Shown here: positions 31,990 through 41,586 of the stretch, piece by piece
How the letters are laid out: each line of letters starts with the position of its first letter
How positions within the stretch are numbered: the stretch's first letter is position 1
Assembly: GCA_046596195.1 (NCBI GenBank)
Contig: JBKJNA010000161.1
Span: forward strand, 11,311 to 75,310
Length of the DNA stretch: 64,000 nt
DNA from: Acidimicrobiales bacterium
GTDB taxonomy: Bacteria > Actinomycetota > Acidimicrobiia > Acidimicrobiales > GCA-2861595
Direction: 5' to 3'
Notes under the pieces: generated by a model
Told to the model about the DNA's origin: nothing
The model's input: only the letters and a program-made list of their open reading frames with translations
The model's database searches: none
Program-made: the position numbers and the translations under genes

Positions 31990-34893
31990 ATGCAGTTAGT
32001 GGCAAAGGCGCGGTACAGCCGCATCGGTATCACCGTCGCCATCCTCGGTGCCCTCCTCGTCGTCGCCGTGGGCGGTGGGTACTCCGCCTCCAAGTCCCTG
32101 CTGGGCGACGGCGCCGCCTACGCGGTGGACGGTGTGGGCATCGACCGGCTGAATGCGGCGACCGGCGCCCCCGATGCCGAGCTCCTCGACATGGGGCGGG
32201 GCACCAACCGCATCAGCGTGGTGCACCGGGACAACCAGGTGTACCTGGTGGACACCGTGCTCGGCTCCGTCACCCACCTCGACCCCGCCACCCTGGAGCT
32301 CGGCGACACCACCACGGTGCCCGGCGCGCCGAAGGGCGGCACAGGGTCCGTCGAGGTCGCCACCGGTGGCGGCACCACCGCCCTCGTCGACCTCCAGCGG
32401 GGCATCCTCCAGCGCGTCGACCAGGTGAAGCTGACGCCCGTCGGCCGGCCCGTCAAGGTTCAGGGCGGCCTCACCGGCGCGGTCGCCGACTCCTCGGGGG
32501 TGCTGTGGCTCGGGACAGGGCGGGCAGGGGTGGTGCTCCGGGTGGACAAGGCAGGCAAGCAGACACCGATCCCCGTCGCCTCCGAGGGCCTGGCAGTCAC
32601 CGTGACCCTGGTGGGCGACGCCCCCGTCGTGCTCGTCCAGCCCGGCGGGCTGATCACCGGCATCGATCCCGGCACGCTGCGGCGCAGCCGGGTCGTGAAG
32701 CTTCCGAGCGATCCCGAGTCGGACCTGAAGCTGAACATCGCCGACACCCCGGGCCACGACCTGTGGGCCCTCGACACCGCCGCCCACACCCTCTACCGGG
32801 TCGACCTGACCAAGGGCACCGTGGCCGGTCCGGTCACCATCGGCGCGGGGCAGGTCCGGTGGGGCAACCCGGTGGTGCAGGCGGGCCGTGTCTACGTCCC
32901 GAACCTCGACGAGCACCGGATGGTCGTGGTCGACGCCAAGTCGCTCCACCGGCTGGACGAGGTCACCGTGCCGGGCGACGGGCCGGATTTCGACGTCACC
33001 ATCGAGGGCGGCGCCCTGTGGGCCAACGACCCCACGACCGGCACGGCCGTCGTGATCGACCGCAAGGGCGACGTGACCACGGTGGGCAAGGGCGACGGCA
33101 CCGGGCGGGTGGAACCGGTGGCCCAGCCGATGCCCGGCGACCCGCCCCTGTCGCCGCCGGAGCAGGCCCCGCCGGTGCAGCCGAGCCTCGACCTCAGCCA
33201 GGTCCCCCCGCCGCTCCCTACGCCCGTCACGCCGCCGGTGGCCACACCGGCGCCGCAGACCCCGCCGCGGCCGGCGCCACCCGCCGACAGCGTGGTGCCC
33301 GACGTACGTGGGCTGGAACAGGCGGCCGCCTGCGCCGCCCTGGTCACGGTCAAGCTCGACTGCAAGCCCGGCGAGGAGGACGGCGGGGCGGTGGGCGAGG
33401 TGTCGAAGCAGGACCCTGCGCCCGGACGCACGCTGCCGCCCGGCGGCGCCGTCGCCATCACCGTCGGCAAGGGCGTCGAAGTGCCCGCCGTCACGGGGAC
33501 CATGACCGACGAGGCCTGCAAGCTGGTGGGTGACCGCAAGCTCACCTGCGTGCGCCAAGCGGTCACCCTCGAGCGGGGCAAGACCCGCAACCAGGTGTTC
33601 GAACAGGACCCCGCCCCCGGCACGCGGGTCGACCAGGACAGCGCCGTGGTGGCCCGCTACTGGGGCGACCCGCGGGTGATCGCCGTCCCGGATGTGACCG
33701 GCAAGACGCCAAAGGAGGCGTGCGACATCCTCGCCGCCGCCGGCTTCACCTGCCGGGAGCTCACCGGCGCCGGCCGCCCGCTCGGACAGGTGGTGCTCCA
33801 GTCGCCCTCCACGGGCAGGGCCGACGAGGGCTCCGAGGTCGCCGTCACCGTGGCGACCAGCACGACGATGCCCAGCCTCGTCGACGGGTCGTCCGTCACG
33901 GTGTGCGCCACCCTCACCAAGGACCTGGGGCTACCGGCGGCCAACTGTTCGAAGGCGGCCGCCGACGCCGAGGAGAACCCGAAGGACACGGTGAAGGCCA
34001 CCACGCCCCCGCCCGGCCAGACCGTCACACTTGCCACGCTGGTCACTTACGTGCGCCGCACCGGCCTGGTGAAGGTGCCGAACGTCGTCGGGCTGGGCGC
34101 GGCCGAGGGCTGCAACGCCATGCGGGCGGCCGGCCTGGGCACGTGCACCCAGAGCGACGCGGCCGAGGGCCCGCCCGGCACCCGTGGCACCGTCGGCTCC
34201 CAGACGCCGCTGGCTGACGTCATGGTGGCGCCGGGCAAACCGGTCAGCGTGGCCGTGTTCAGCGCCCAGCGCGTGTCGGTGCCGGCCGTGAGCGGCGACA
34301 TCAATGTCGCCTGCGGCAACATCCAGGCCGCCGGGCTCACCTGCAACCCCGTTCCCGACAGCAGCGGCAGCTACCGGCAGGTGTCGGGCCAGAGCCCCGG
34401 CGGTGGCGTACAGGTCAGCGAGGGATCGGCAGTCACGGTGAGCTACGAGCCGTCGATCCGCAAGCCCCTCATGCGGTTGAACCGGGGAGGTTTTAACAAC
34501 CCCGGGACCACGTTCATGCTCACGACGCAGTACCCCGGCACCTATTACGACGATCTCCGGACGAAGTACGGCTTCAACGAGGAGGGGCCGATCTGCAATG
34601 CCTACGCCGACGGCGAGGCCGTGCCCGACCGGACGCCGCTCGTCGACTGGATGAACACCACGGTCGCCTCGGGCCCGTTCCACACCTTCACCACCGGGCC
34701 TCCGCCACCGGGTAGCTGGGACACTCTGAACAACCCGAAGACGGCGGTCGTGGCCAAGGCCGGGCCCGTCCAGATCTGGTCGGTCACCAGGGGCTACAGC
34801 CAGTTCTTCACCTCCAGCAGGGCTGAAGCGGACGGCCTCGTGGCCGCCAAGATCTTCCCCAACGGGCCCTACGCCGTCTTCACCTGCTGGTAG
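31990..34893 (+). CDS. membrane-anchored protein: N-terminal TM, beta-propeller-like region, Pro-rich linker, about six PASTA repeats, and an unknown C-terminal domain
   Basis: 967-aa ORF. The PASTA-like units each start V-P-(D/A/N)-V-x-G (VPDVRGLEQAAAC.., VPAVTGTMTDEAC.., VPDVTGKTPKEAC.., MPSLVDGSSVTVC.., VPNVVGLGAAEGC.., VPAVSGDINVAC..) and end ..G..V.(I/V)xV. It has neither a kinase nor a PBP domain. Confidence 0.8.
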   Translation: MQLVAKARYSRIGITVAILGALLVVAVGGGYSASKSLLGDGAAYAVDGVGIDRLNAATGAPDAELLDMGRGTNRISVVHRDNQVYLVDTVLGSVTHLDPATLELGDTTTVPGAPKGGTGSVEVATGGGTTALVDLQRGILQRVDQVKLTPVGRPVKVQGGLTGAVADSSGVLWLGTGRAGVVLRVDKAGKQTPIPVASEGLAVTVTLVGDAPVVLVQPGGLITGIDPGTLRRSRVVKLPSDPESDLKLNIADTPGHDLWALDTAAHTLYRVDLTKGTVAGPVTIGAGQVRWGNPVVQAGRVYVPNLDEHRMVVVDAKSLHRLDEVTVPGDGPDFDVTIEGGALWANDPTTGTAVVIDRKGDVTTVGKGDGTGRVEPVAQPMPGDPPLSPPEQAPPVQPSLDLSQVPPPLPTPVTPPVATPAPQTPPRPAPPADSVVPDVRGLEQAAACAALVTVKLDCKPGEEDGGAVGEVSKQDPAPGRTLPPGGAVAITVGKGVEVPAVTGTMTDEACKLVGDRKLTCVRQAVTLERGKTRNQVFEQDPAPGTRVDQDSAVVARYWGDPRVIAVPDVTGKTPKEACDILAAAGFTCRELTGAGRPLGQVVLQSPSTGRADEGSEVAVTVATSTTMPSLVDGSSVTVCATLTKDLGLPAANCSKAAADAEENPKDTVKATTPPPGQTVTLATLVTYVRRTGLVKVPNVVGLGAAEGCNAMRAAGLGTCTQSDAAEGPPGTRGTVGSQTPLADVMVAPGKPVSVAVFSAQRVSVPAVSGDINVACGNIQAAGLTCNPVPDSSGSYRQVSGQSPGGGVQVSEGSAVTVSYEPSIRKPLMRLNRGGFNNPGTTFMLTTQYPGTYYDDLRTKYGFNEEGPICNAYADGEAVPDRTPLVDWMNTTVASGPFHTFTTGPPPPGSWDTLNNPKTAVVAKAGPVQIWSVTRGYSQFFTSSRAEADGLVAAKIFPNGPYAVFTCW

Positions 34894-34922
34894 CTCGTAC
34901 CGACCGCCGCCGGGTCGTCGCC

Positions 34923-37900
34923 CTACGGGGCGGTGACCTGGACGGTCGACCACGAGCCCCGGTGGACGAGGAGGGCCCGGCCCGCCGGCCATGACGAACC
35001 GTCGGTGGCCCGGGGGAGCTTCACGTCGAGGGCCTCGCCCTCCACCGACGAGGCGGGCGCCAGCAGGAGGCCGGCCCGGCTGCGGCGGTTCTCCACCAGC
35101 CAGCCCCGGAACCGCTGGGCCAGCAGGTCGTCGGTGGTGGCGGCGGCCACCACCACGTGGCCGGCGTCGCGGGCCGAGCGCACGAGGGCTTCGAGGGCCT
35201 GGGCCGCCTTGCCCTCGCCCAGCAGTTCGGCGTCGTCCACCAGCACGCAGCACGGCCCGCCCACCGACTCGATGGCGTCCGCCAGGCCTCCGGCGACCTG
35301 CTCGGCCGAGGTGAGCACCGCCTCCACGCCGTCCTCCCCCTCCAAGTCCCTGAGGGGCGACGGGCGGGGCGCCACGAGCAGGAGGGCGAGAGTGCCGAGC
35401 GCCCGCCCCTGGAGCGTGCGGGCGATGGCGAGGAGCGCAGCGCTGCGGCCGGACCGGGGCGGGCCGGCCACGATGAACCCGGGCCCGACCTCGGCCAGGT
35501 CGACATCGACCGGTCCGACCTCGTCGCCGCCCACACCGATGGTGCACACGGCGTCACCCTCGGGCCGGGCCACCACCCGCCGGCCTTCCACCTCGGCGGC
35601 CGACACCACGTCGGGCACGGCGTCGAGGCGCCGGGGCCGGCGATCGGCGGCGACGCCCGCCCACCGCGTCGTGGCGGCGGCCGCCAGCGCCTTGACGCCC
35701 GCGGCCTGGGCGCCGCCGGAGGGATCGTCGCCCAGCACGGCCACCTGCACCTCGACCATCTCGGGAAGGAGGAAGGCTCGCCCGTCAGGCTGTGACAGCG
35801 GCGCCTGGCGCGACGGGATGCCGCACAGGGCGTAGTCGTCCCGATCGGCCTGGCGCAGCACCAGGCGGGCCTCCACCGCGCTGCCGAGGCGGTTGGTGAA
35901 GCCGGAGCGGTCGGTGGACACCACGAAGGTCACGCCCACCGCCGGCCCCTCCCGCAGCAGCCGGTCGAACGCCTCCACCAGGCGCCCGCTGTCACGCTCG
36001 TTCCAGGTGGCGAGGAAGCCGTCGTAGCGGTCGAGCAGCACGACAATGGCGGGCAGCGCCCCGTCGCCGAGGGCCCGGCGCTGCTCGGCGACGGAGCCGA
36101 ACCCGGCCGTCGCCAGTGCCTTCTGGCGTTGACCCACCTCACGCCCCAGCCAGCCGAGGAGTCGCTCGGTGCGGGCCGTGTCATCGCCGGGGACGACGGC
36201 GCCGCAGTGGGGCAGGGCGTCGATCGGCCCGAGGGCGCGGCCGAAGTCGATGGCGTAGAGATGGACCTGGGCGGGGCTCGACGACCGGGCGAGGCCGGCG
36301 GCGATCGTGCGCAGCACGGTGGAGCGGCCCGACCGGGCCGTCCCAACCACGAGCAGGTTGCCGAGCCGCTCGGCATCCAGTCGCAGCGGCTCCTGGGCCT
36401 GGCGGCCCGGGTGGTCGGCCAGCCCGAGGACGGCGGTGAGGCGAGCCGCGGTGCTGCCGGGCGCAGCGTCCGACCCGGGCAGGGAGACGACCTCGGGCAG
36501 CCCCGGCAGCCACGGGCTCGGCACCTGGGCCACGCCGGCCCTGGCCGCCGCGCCCCGCACCGCCTCGACTACGCAGCTGAGGTCGGTGGCCACGTCGGCG
36601 CCGTCGTCCTCCGGGCCGGTGTCGTCGAGCAGGGGCGGCTCCCCCAGCAGCGCCAGCATGAGGGGGAAGATCGACGGCGGGCCCGATGCGCCCGAGACGG
36701 TGCGCCCGTGGGCGCCACCGATGCGCGCCGCCTGGAAGAGGGTGAGGTCGGCGTGGCCGGACCGCAGGTAGGCCCGGCCCGGCGTGCGCTTGGAGATGCG
36801 GGCCGCGACCGGCGCGTCGATGACGTCGGACGACTCAGTGGGGTTGGCCACCCGCAGGCACAGGCGCAGGTTCACGTTGGCCCGGATCTCGGCCGACACC
36901 ACCCCGCCCGGCCGCTGGGTGGCGAGCACCACGTGGACCCCGAGGCTGCGGCCCCGCATGCCGACGCCCACCACGCCCTTCACGAACTCGGGCACCTCCT
37001 CCACCAGCGAGGCGAACTCGTCGATCACGATCACCAGCCGGGCGAGCGGTGGCTGGCCGGCGGAGGCCGGCGCCCGCCAGTAGTCCTCGATGTCCTTGGC
37101 GCCCGCCTCGCCGAGCACCTGCTCCCGCCGCTTCAGTTCGGCGTCGAGCGACACCAGGGCACGGTGCACCAGGTGGCCGTCGAGGTCGGTCACGAGGCCG
37201 ACGCAGTGCGGCAGCCGGGCGCAGTCGCGGAAGGCGGCGCCGCCCTTGTAGTCGACCAGCACGAAGGTCAGGGCGTCCGGACGGTTGTCGAGGGCGAGGG
37301 AGGCGATGAGAGTCTGGAGCAGCTCGGACTTGCCGGCGCCGGTGGTGCCGGCCACGAGGGCGTGCGGCCCGTCGGTGCGCAGGTCGACCTCGAGCGGGCC
37401 ACCCGCCGCTACGCCGAGCACGGCGGCCGTCGTCCTGCCGCCGGGCGACGCCGACCACCGGCGAAGCACGTCGTCCGGCCCCACCGCCGCCTCCCCGTCC
37501 GGGCCGGTATGCCCCAACAGGTCGAGCAGGCGGGCCGTGTCCGGCACGCCGGATTCCCCGGCCGCGGCCGGGTCGGTGAACGGGGCCAGGGCGCGGGCCA
37601 CGCGGTCGGCCAGGCGCACCGACAGGCCGTCGGCCACCACGTCGGGTCGGGGAGCGGTGCCAGGGCGGCGGACCTCGACGCGCGTCGCCACCGCCGGGTC
37701 GGCCACCACGGTCGCCCTGCACTCGGCCGGCAGGCTGGCCTCGTCCGCGTCGAGGCAGATGGCGTACACGCCGAAGGCCGGTCCGTTGGCGAGCACCTCG
37801 GCCAGGCCCCGCAGGGTCCGCAGCCGGCGGGCGCCGTCGAGGAGGACGACGTAGCGGGGGAGGGGCGCCGCCCCGGCGCCCAACGAGGACCGGGCCTGCT

Positions 37901-39326
37901 CGGCCCGTTCCTGGATGACCCGCAGCAGGCTCGCCAGCCGTGCCTCGCCCGACCCCACGTCGGTGCCCACCAGGGCCGCGCACTGCCAGTCGGCGCCGGG
38001 CGGCACCAGGTGGGGGAGCCATGCCGCCCACTGCCAGTCGCCCACCTCGGCCGGTCCGGTGAGGACGACCACCCGCACGTCGGCCGGCGTGTGCAGGGCC
38101 GCCACCTGGGCCAGCAGTGCCCGCACCAGACCGAGCGACGACGGGCGGGGCCCGGCCACGCCCACCACGCCGTCGGCCGCCAGGTCCACGGCGACGGGCA
38201 CCAGGTGGGCGGTGGGCACTGCCGCCATGCCGTCCTTGGCCGCCACGATGGCCGGCGGAGCAGCCGTCCGGCCGGCCCGCATCCGCACGCCGGCCGGGCG
38301 GTCGCCCAGTCCGACCCGAAGGCGGAGGAAGTCGGCGTCGGTCGGCCGCCGCTCCCACAGCCGGCTGGTGGGGCCGGCGGCGGCGGCGACCACGGCAGCC
38401 GGATCGGGTAGGGCGGCGCGGCTGGTGCGCTCGTCGGCCGCCACCAGTCCCGCCAGCTTGTCGCCGACCTGCGCCATGGTGGCGTCGTACTCGGCCCGCC
38501 GGCGCCGGTAGTCCTTGTGGCCGTTGCGACGGTCGCCCACCACGTTGGCGATCAGCAGGATCGGCGAGGCGGCCATGAAGAGCAGGAACGGGCTGAACGT
38601 GGGCGAGACGGCGAAGAACACGGCGCACATGGCGACGGGCATGAGCACGGCGACCACCGGTATGCGCCGGGCCGTCGGTTTCTGCGGCTCGTCGGGAAGG
38701 ACCAGCTCCTCCCCGTCAGCCGGCGGGGTAATGCGGGGCGGGCGGTTGAAGCGGCGCAGCCACGGCGCCGCCCCGGCCTCCACGCCGGCGCCGGCCGGGT
38801 CCGCGACCCGCACCACCAGCACCGATTCGCCCACCCGCACGGCGTCGCCCGCGGCGATGTGCACTGGCCCGGTGACGGCCATGCCGCCGACGATGGTGCC
38901 GTTGCGGGACCCGAGATCCAGCACCACCGCTCCGCCCCGGTCCGGGTGGAGCGAGCAATGCCGGCGGGACACGTCGGCGTCGGCCAACCGCACGGCCACC
39001 CCTTCCTCCCGACCCACCACGACCTCGCCCGAAAGGGGCACGGCGCGCCCGGCCGACGGACCGCCGACTACCGCCACCTCGAGCACGCCGGCCGGCACCT
39101 CGCCGTCGGCCACCGGCCCGCCCGCGCCCACCACGCTGCCGGCGGCCAGCATGGCCAGCCGCAGTCCGGGCTGCGTCCGCTCGCCGTTGGCCCACAGGGG
39201 CGTCTGGCCACCGACCAGCTCGGCCAGCTGCCCGGCCACGTCACCGACGGTGACGTCGTCGACCGCCCGCACCACGACGTCGACCCGGCGGCCGTCCGGC
39301 GTCACGACGGCGAGAGGGAGCTCCAT
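34923..39326 (-). CDS. EssC/EccC-like FtsK/SpoIIIE-family triple-ATPase with an N-terminal beta-grasp-like segment and an FHA domain
   Basis: ATG 39326 ([19 protein letters not shown]...). FHA-like region ..[25 protein letters not shown]...LGSRNGTIV. Two TM helices. Three P-loop domains ([11 protein letters not shown] with [10 protein letters not shown]; [11 protein letters not shown]; [11 protein letters not shown]). Confidence 0.9.
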   Translation of the reverse strand: MELPLAVVTPDGRRVDVVVRAVDDVTVGDVAGQLAELVGGQTPLWANGERTQPGLRLAMLAAGSVVGAGGPVADGEVPAGVLEVAVVGGPSAGRAVPLSGEVVVGREEGVAVRLADADVSRRHCSLHPDRGGAVVLDLGSRNGTIVGGMAVTGPVHIAAGDAVRVGESVLVVRVADPAGAGVEAGAAPWLRRFNRPPRITPPADGEELVLPDEPQKPTARRIPVVAVLMPVAMCAVFFAVSPTFSPFLLFMAASPILLIANVVGDRRNGHKDYRRRRAEYDATMAQVGDKLAGLVAADERTSRAALPDPAAVVAAAAGPTSRLWERRPTDADFLRLRVGLGDRPAGVRMRAGRTAAPPAIVAAKDGMAAVPTAHLVPVAVDLAADGVVGVAGPRPSSLGLVRALLAQVAALHTPADVRVVVLTGPAEVGDWQWAAWLPHLVPPGADWQCAALVGTDVGSGEARLASLLRVIQERAEQARSSLGAGAAPLPRYVVLLDGARRLRTLRGLAEVLANGPAFGVYAICLDADEASLPAECRATVVADPAVATRVEVRRPGTAPRPDVVADGLSVRLADRVARALAPFTDPAAAGESGVPDTARLLDLLGHTGPDGEAAVGPDDVLRRWSASPGGRTTAAVLGVAAGGPLEVDLRTDGPHALVAGTTGAGKSELLQTLIASLALDNRPDALTFVLVDYKGGAAFRDCARLPHCVGLVTDLDGHLVHRALVSLDAELKRREQVLGEAGAKDIEDYWRAPASAGQPPLARLVIVIDEFASLVEEVPEFVKGVVGVGMRGRSLGVHVVLATQRPGGVVSAEIRANVNLRLCLRVANPTESSDVIDAPVAARISKRTPGRAYLRSGHADLTLFQAARIGGAHGRTVSGASGPPSIFPLMLALLGEPPLLDDTGPEDDGADVATDLSCVVEAVRGAAARAGVAQVPSPWLPGLPEVVSLPGSDAAPGSTAARLTAVLGLADHPGRQAQEPLRLDAERLGNLLVVGTARSGRSTVLRTIAAGLARSSSPAQVHLYAIDFGRALGPIDALPHCGAVVPGDDTARTERLLGWLGREVGQRQKALATAGFGSVAEQRRALGDGALPAIVVLLDRYDGFLATWNERDSGRLVEAFDRLLREGPAVGVTFVVSTDRSGFTNRLGSAVEARLVLRQADRDDYALCGIPSRQAPLSQPDGRAFLLPEMVEVQVAVLGDDPSGGAQAAGVKALAAAATTRWAGVAADRRPRRLDAVPDVVSAAEVEGRRVVARPEGDAVCTIGVGGDEVGPVDVDLAEVGPGFIVAGPPRSGRSAALLAIARTLQGRALGTLALLLVAPRPSPLRDLEGEDGVEAVLTSAEQVAGGLADAIESVGGPCCVLVDDAELLGEGKAAQALEALVRSARDAGHVVVAAATTDDLLAQRFRGWLVENRRSRAGLLLAPASSVEGEALDVKLPRATDGSSWPAGRALLVHRGSWSTVQVTAP

Positions 39327-39913
39327 GGCCTCAGTCTCCCGGTTTCGCGCCGGCCCGGGGAAATGCCCCTCGGCCTCGCCGATCCTCGGCGAACCGGAAC
39401 GGGGACGGTGAGCCCGCCCAGGACGATCCCGACGCCTGCGAAGGCGAAGCCGAGGGCCAGGGTCATGGCGCCGAGACCGACCACCAGATCCGAGACGTTG
39501 AACGCCAGGACGGACGTGTAGAGGCCGGTGCGATTGGCCGACGCCTCGAAGGCGACGCTGCGTAGCGGATTCCTCACGGGCTGCCCGTCGGCGCCCCGCA
39601 CCGCCTCGGCCTCGATGCTGGTACCTGCGGGGCTGCGGTCCGCGGTCATGAAGCGGCCCATCTCGCCGTAGCTCAGCCCGCCTGTGGTCTCCCGGGCGTG
39701 GACGTCGATGATGTCGGCCATGGCCTTCGCCGTCGCCGCGCTCCTGACGGGTGCGTTGGCGATGGCGGCGTCTTTGGGTGTGGTGATGTTCTGTCTGCGG
39801 AGCTCGGCCCGGACCTGGTCCCTGGCCTCGGTGCCGCGGTCGACGGCATAGGCGCCGCCGCCGACGAACGCGATGCCGAGCACGACGAGCGCTACTGCAA
39901 ATGCCTTCTTCAT
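39302..39913 (-). CDS. hypothetical bitopic membrane protein (TM helices at both ends)
   Basis: ATG 39913 is preceded by GGGAGGAAG. MKKAFAVALVVLGIAFVGGGAYAV... then a soluble middle part and ..LVVGLGAMTLALGFAFAGVGIVLGGL. The 3' end overlaps the essC-like start by 25 nt. Confidence 0.55.
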   Translation of the reverse strand: MKKAFAVALVVLGIAFVGGGAYAVDRGTEARDQVRAELRRQNITTPKDAAIANAPVRSAATAKAMADIIDVHARETTGGLSYGEMGRFMTADRSPAGTSIEAEAVRGADGQPVRNPLRSVAFEASANRTGLYTSVLAFNVSDLVVGLGAMTLALGFAFAGVGIVLGGLTVPVPVRRGSARPRGISPGRRETGRLRPWSSLSPS

Positions 39914-40153
39914 CTGTCTTCCTCCCGAGTGGTTTCCCCTTGGCGTGTTCGCCACTGACCCGGAGGAGACGAGCGGTGCCGTGATGCAGGGACAACGGGA
40001 AGTCGCGCCGGGTCTACGGCCCCTGACCCGATTCCCGGTACGGGAACCCGTCCGGGGCCCGCCGCAACGGGACGTTCGGGTACAGTCCCGCCGTCGGCGA
40101 TCGCTACCCGGGGCACCGGGACGGCGCGTTCGACCGGGACAGGGGACCGAGTC

Positions 40154-41581
40154 ATGAGCATCGGGTCGATCGACATCGCCGCCCTCGACGGTGGGCAGGT
40201 GACCGTGTCGCCGGACCAGCTGGGCGCGCTGGCGTCAGCGGTCGGCGAACCGTTGCTGCAGGCGGGCGACGCCGGCTGGGACGATGCTGTCCTGATCTGG
40301 AACGGCATGGCCGCCCAGGTTCCGGCCCTGGTGGTGCGGCCGTCATCGACGGCCGACGTGGTCGCTGCCGTCGGGTTCGCCGCCGAGCACGGCCTGCTGC
40401 TGTCGGTGAAGGGCGGCGGCCACAACATCGCCGGCACGTCCATGGCCCCGGGCGGGTTGACGCTCGACATGTCACTGCTGCGCGACGTCGCGGTCGACCC
40501 GGCGGCCAAGCGGGCCACGGCCGGTGCCGGCTGCCTCATCAGGCACGTCGACGGGGCCACCCAGGAGCACGGCCTGGCCGCCGTCCTCGGCTTCGTGTCA
40601 GAGACGGGCGTGGCCGGCCTCACCGTGGGCGGCGGCTTCGGGTACCTCACCCGCCGGTTCGGGTGGACGGTGGACAACCTGGAGGAGGTCGAGGTCGTCA
40701 CCGCCGACGGCCAGGTCCGCACCGCCGACCGGGACGACAACGCCGACCTGTTCTGGGCGCTCCGGGGCGGCGGCGGGAACCTCGGCGTCGTCACCCGGTT
40801 CACCTACCGCCTCCACGAGGTCGGTCCGACCGTGACCGCCGGCATGATCGTCTGGAGCGCCGAGCACGTCGACGAGGTGATGGCCGCCTACAAGGATCTC
40901 ACCGAGTCGGCGCCCCGCGAGCTGACGGCGGTGCTCAACATCCGTCTGGCGCCACCGGCGCCGTTCCTGCCAGCCGAGTGGCATGGCAAGGAGATCGTCG
41001 CCATGGTCGTGTGCCACAGCGGCGAGAACGCAGAGGCGGACCTGGCCGTCATCCGCCGGCTGCCGAGCCCCGTCGCCGACCTGATCACCCAGAAGCCGTA
41101 CGTGGCCCAGCAGGCGATGCTCGACGCCACCCAGCCCAAGGGCCCCCACTACTACTGGAAGTCCGAGTTCATCCCGGGCCTGTCGGAGGACTTCCTCACC
41201 GCCTATCGCGACGGAGCGCTCCGGGTGACATCACCGATGTCACAGTCGGTCATCTTCCATTTGGCCGGCGCCCTCAACGAGCACGCGGCCGACGACGGCG
41301 CCATGGGCAACCGCGACGCGGCGTACGTGACGGCCTTTGCCGGCTGCTGGCCGCCTCCCGACCCCCGCTCGGCCGAGCACCTGGCGTGGGTGCGCGACTC
41401 GTGGGAGACGGTGAGGCGGTTCTCCACCGGCAACTACGTGAACTTCCAGGTGGCCGACGACGACGCAGGGCGTACGGCTGCGGCCTACGGGCCCAACTTC
41501 GACCGGCTCCAGCAGGTGAAGGCCGCCTACGACCCTGGCAACCTCTTCCGGGTCAACCGGAACGTGGCGCCCCGGCCGTAG
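40154..41581 (+). CDS. FAD-binding oxidoreductase (PCMH-type FAD domain with a berberine-bridge-enzyme-like C-terminus)
   Basis: 475-aa ORF: ..RPSSTADVVAAVGFAAEHGLLLSVKGGGHNIAGTS.. and the C-terminal ..YVNF....AAYGPNFDRLQQVKAAYDPGNLFRVNRNV (BBE-like). Confidence 0.88.
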   Translation: MSIGSIDIAALDGGQVTVSPDQLGALASAVGEPLLQAGDAGWDDAVLIWNGMAAQVPALVVRPSSTADVVAAVGFAAEHGLLLSVKGGGHNIAGTSMAPGGLTLDMSLLRDVAVDPAAKRATAGAGCLIRHVDGATQEHGLAAVLGFVSETGVAGLTVGGGFGYLTRRFGWTVDNLEEVEVVTADGQVRTADRDDNADLFWALRGGGGNLGVVTRFTYRLHEVGPTVTAGMIVWSAEHVDEVMAAYKDLTESAPRELTAVLNIRLAPPAPFLPAEWHGKEIVAMVVCHSGENAEADLAVIRRLPSPVADLITQKPYVAQQAMLDATQPKGPHYYWKSEFIPGLSEDFLTAYRDGALRVTSPMSQSVIFHLAGALNEHAADDGAMGNRDAAYVTAFAGCWPPPDPRSAEHLAWVRDSWETVRRFSTGNYVNFQVADDDAGRTAAAYGPNFDRLQQVKAAYDPGNLFRVNRNVAPRP

Positions 41582-41586
41582 CGACG

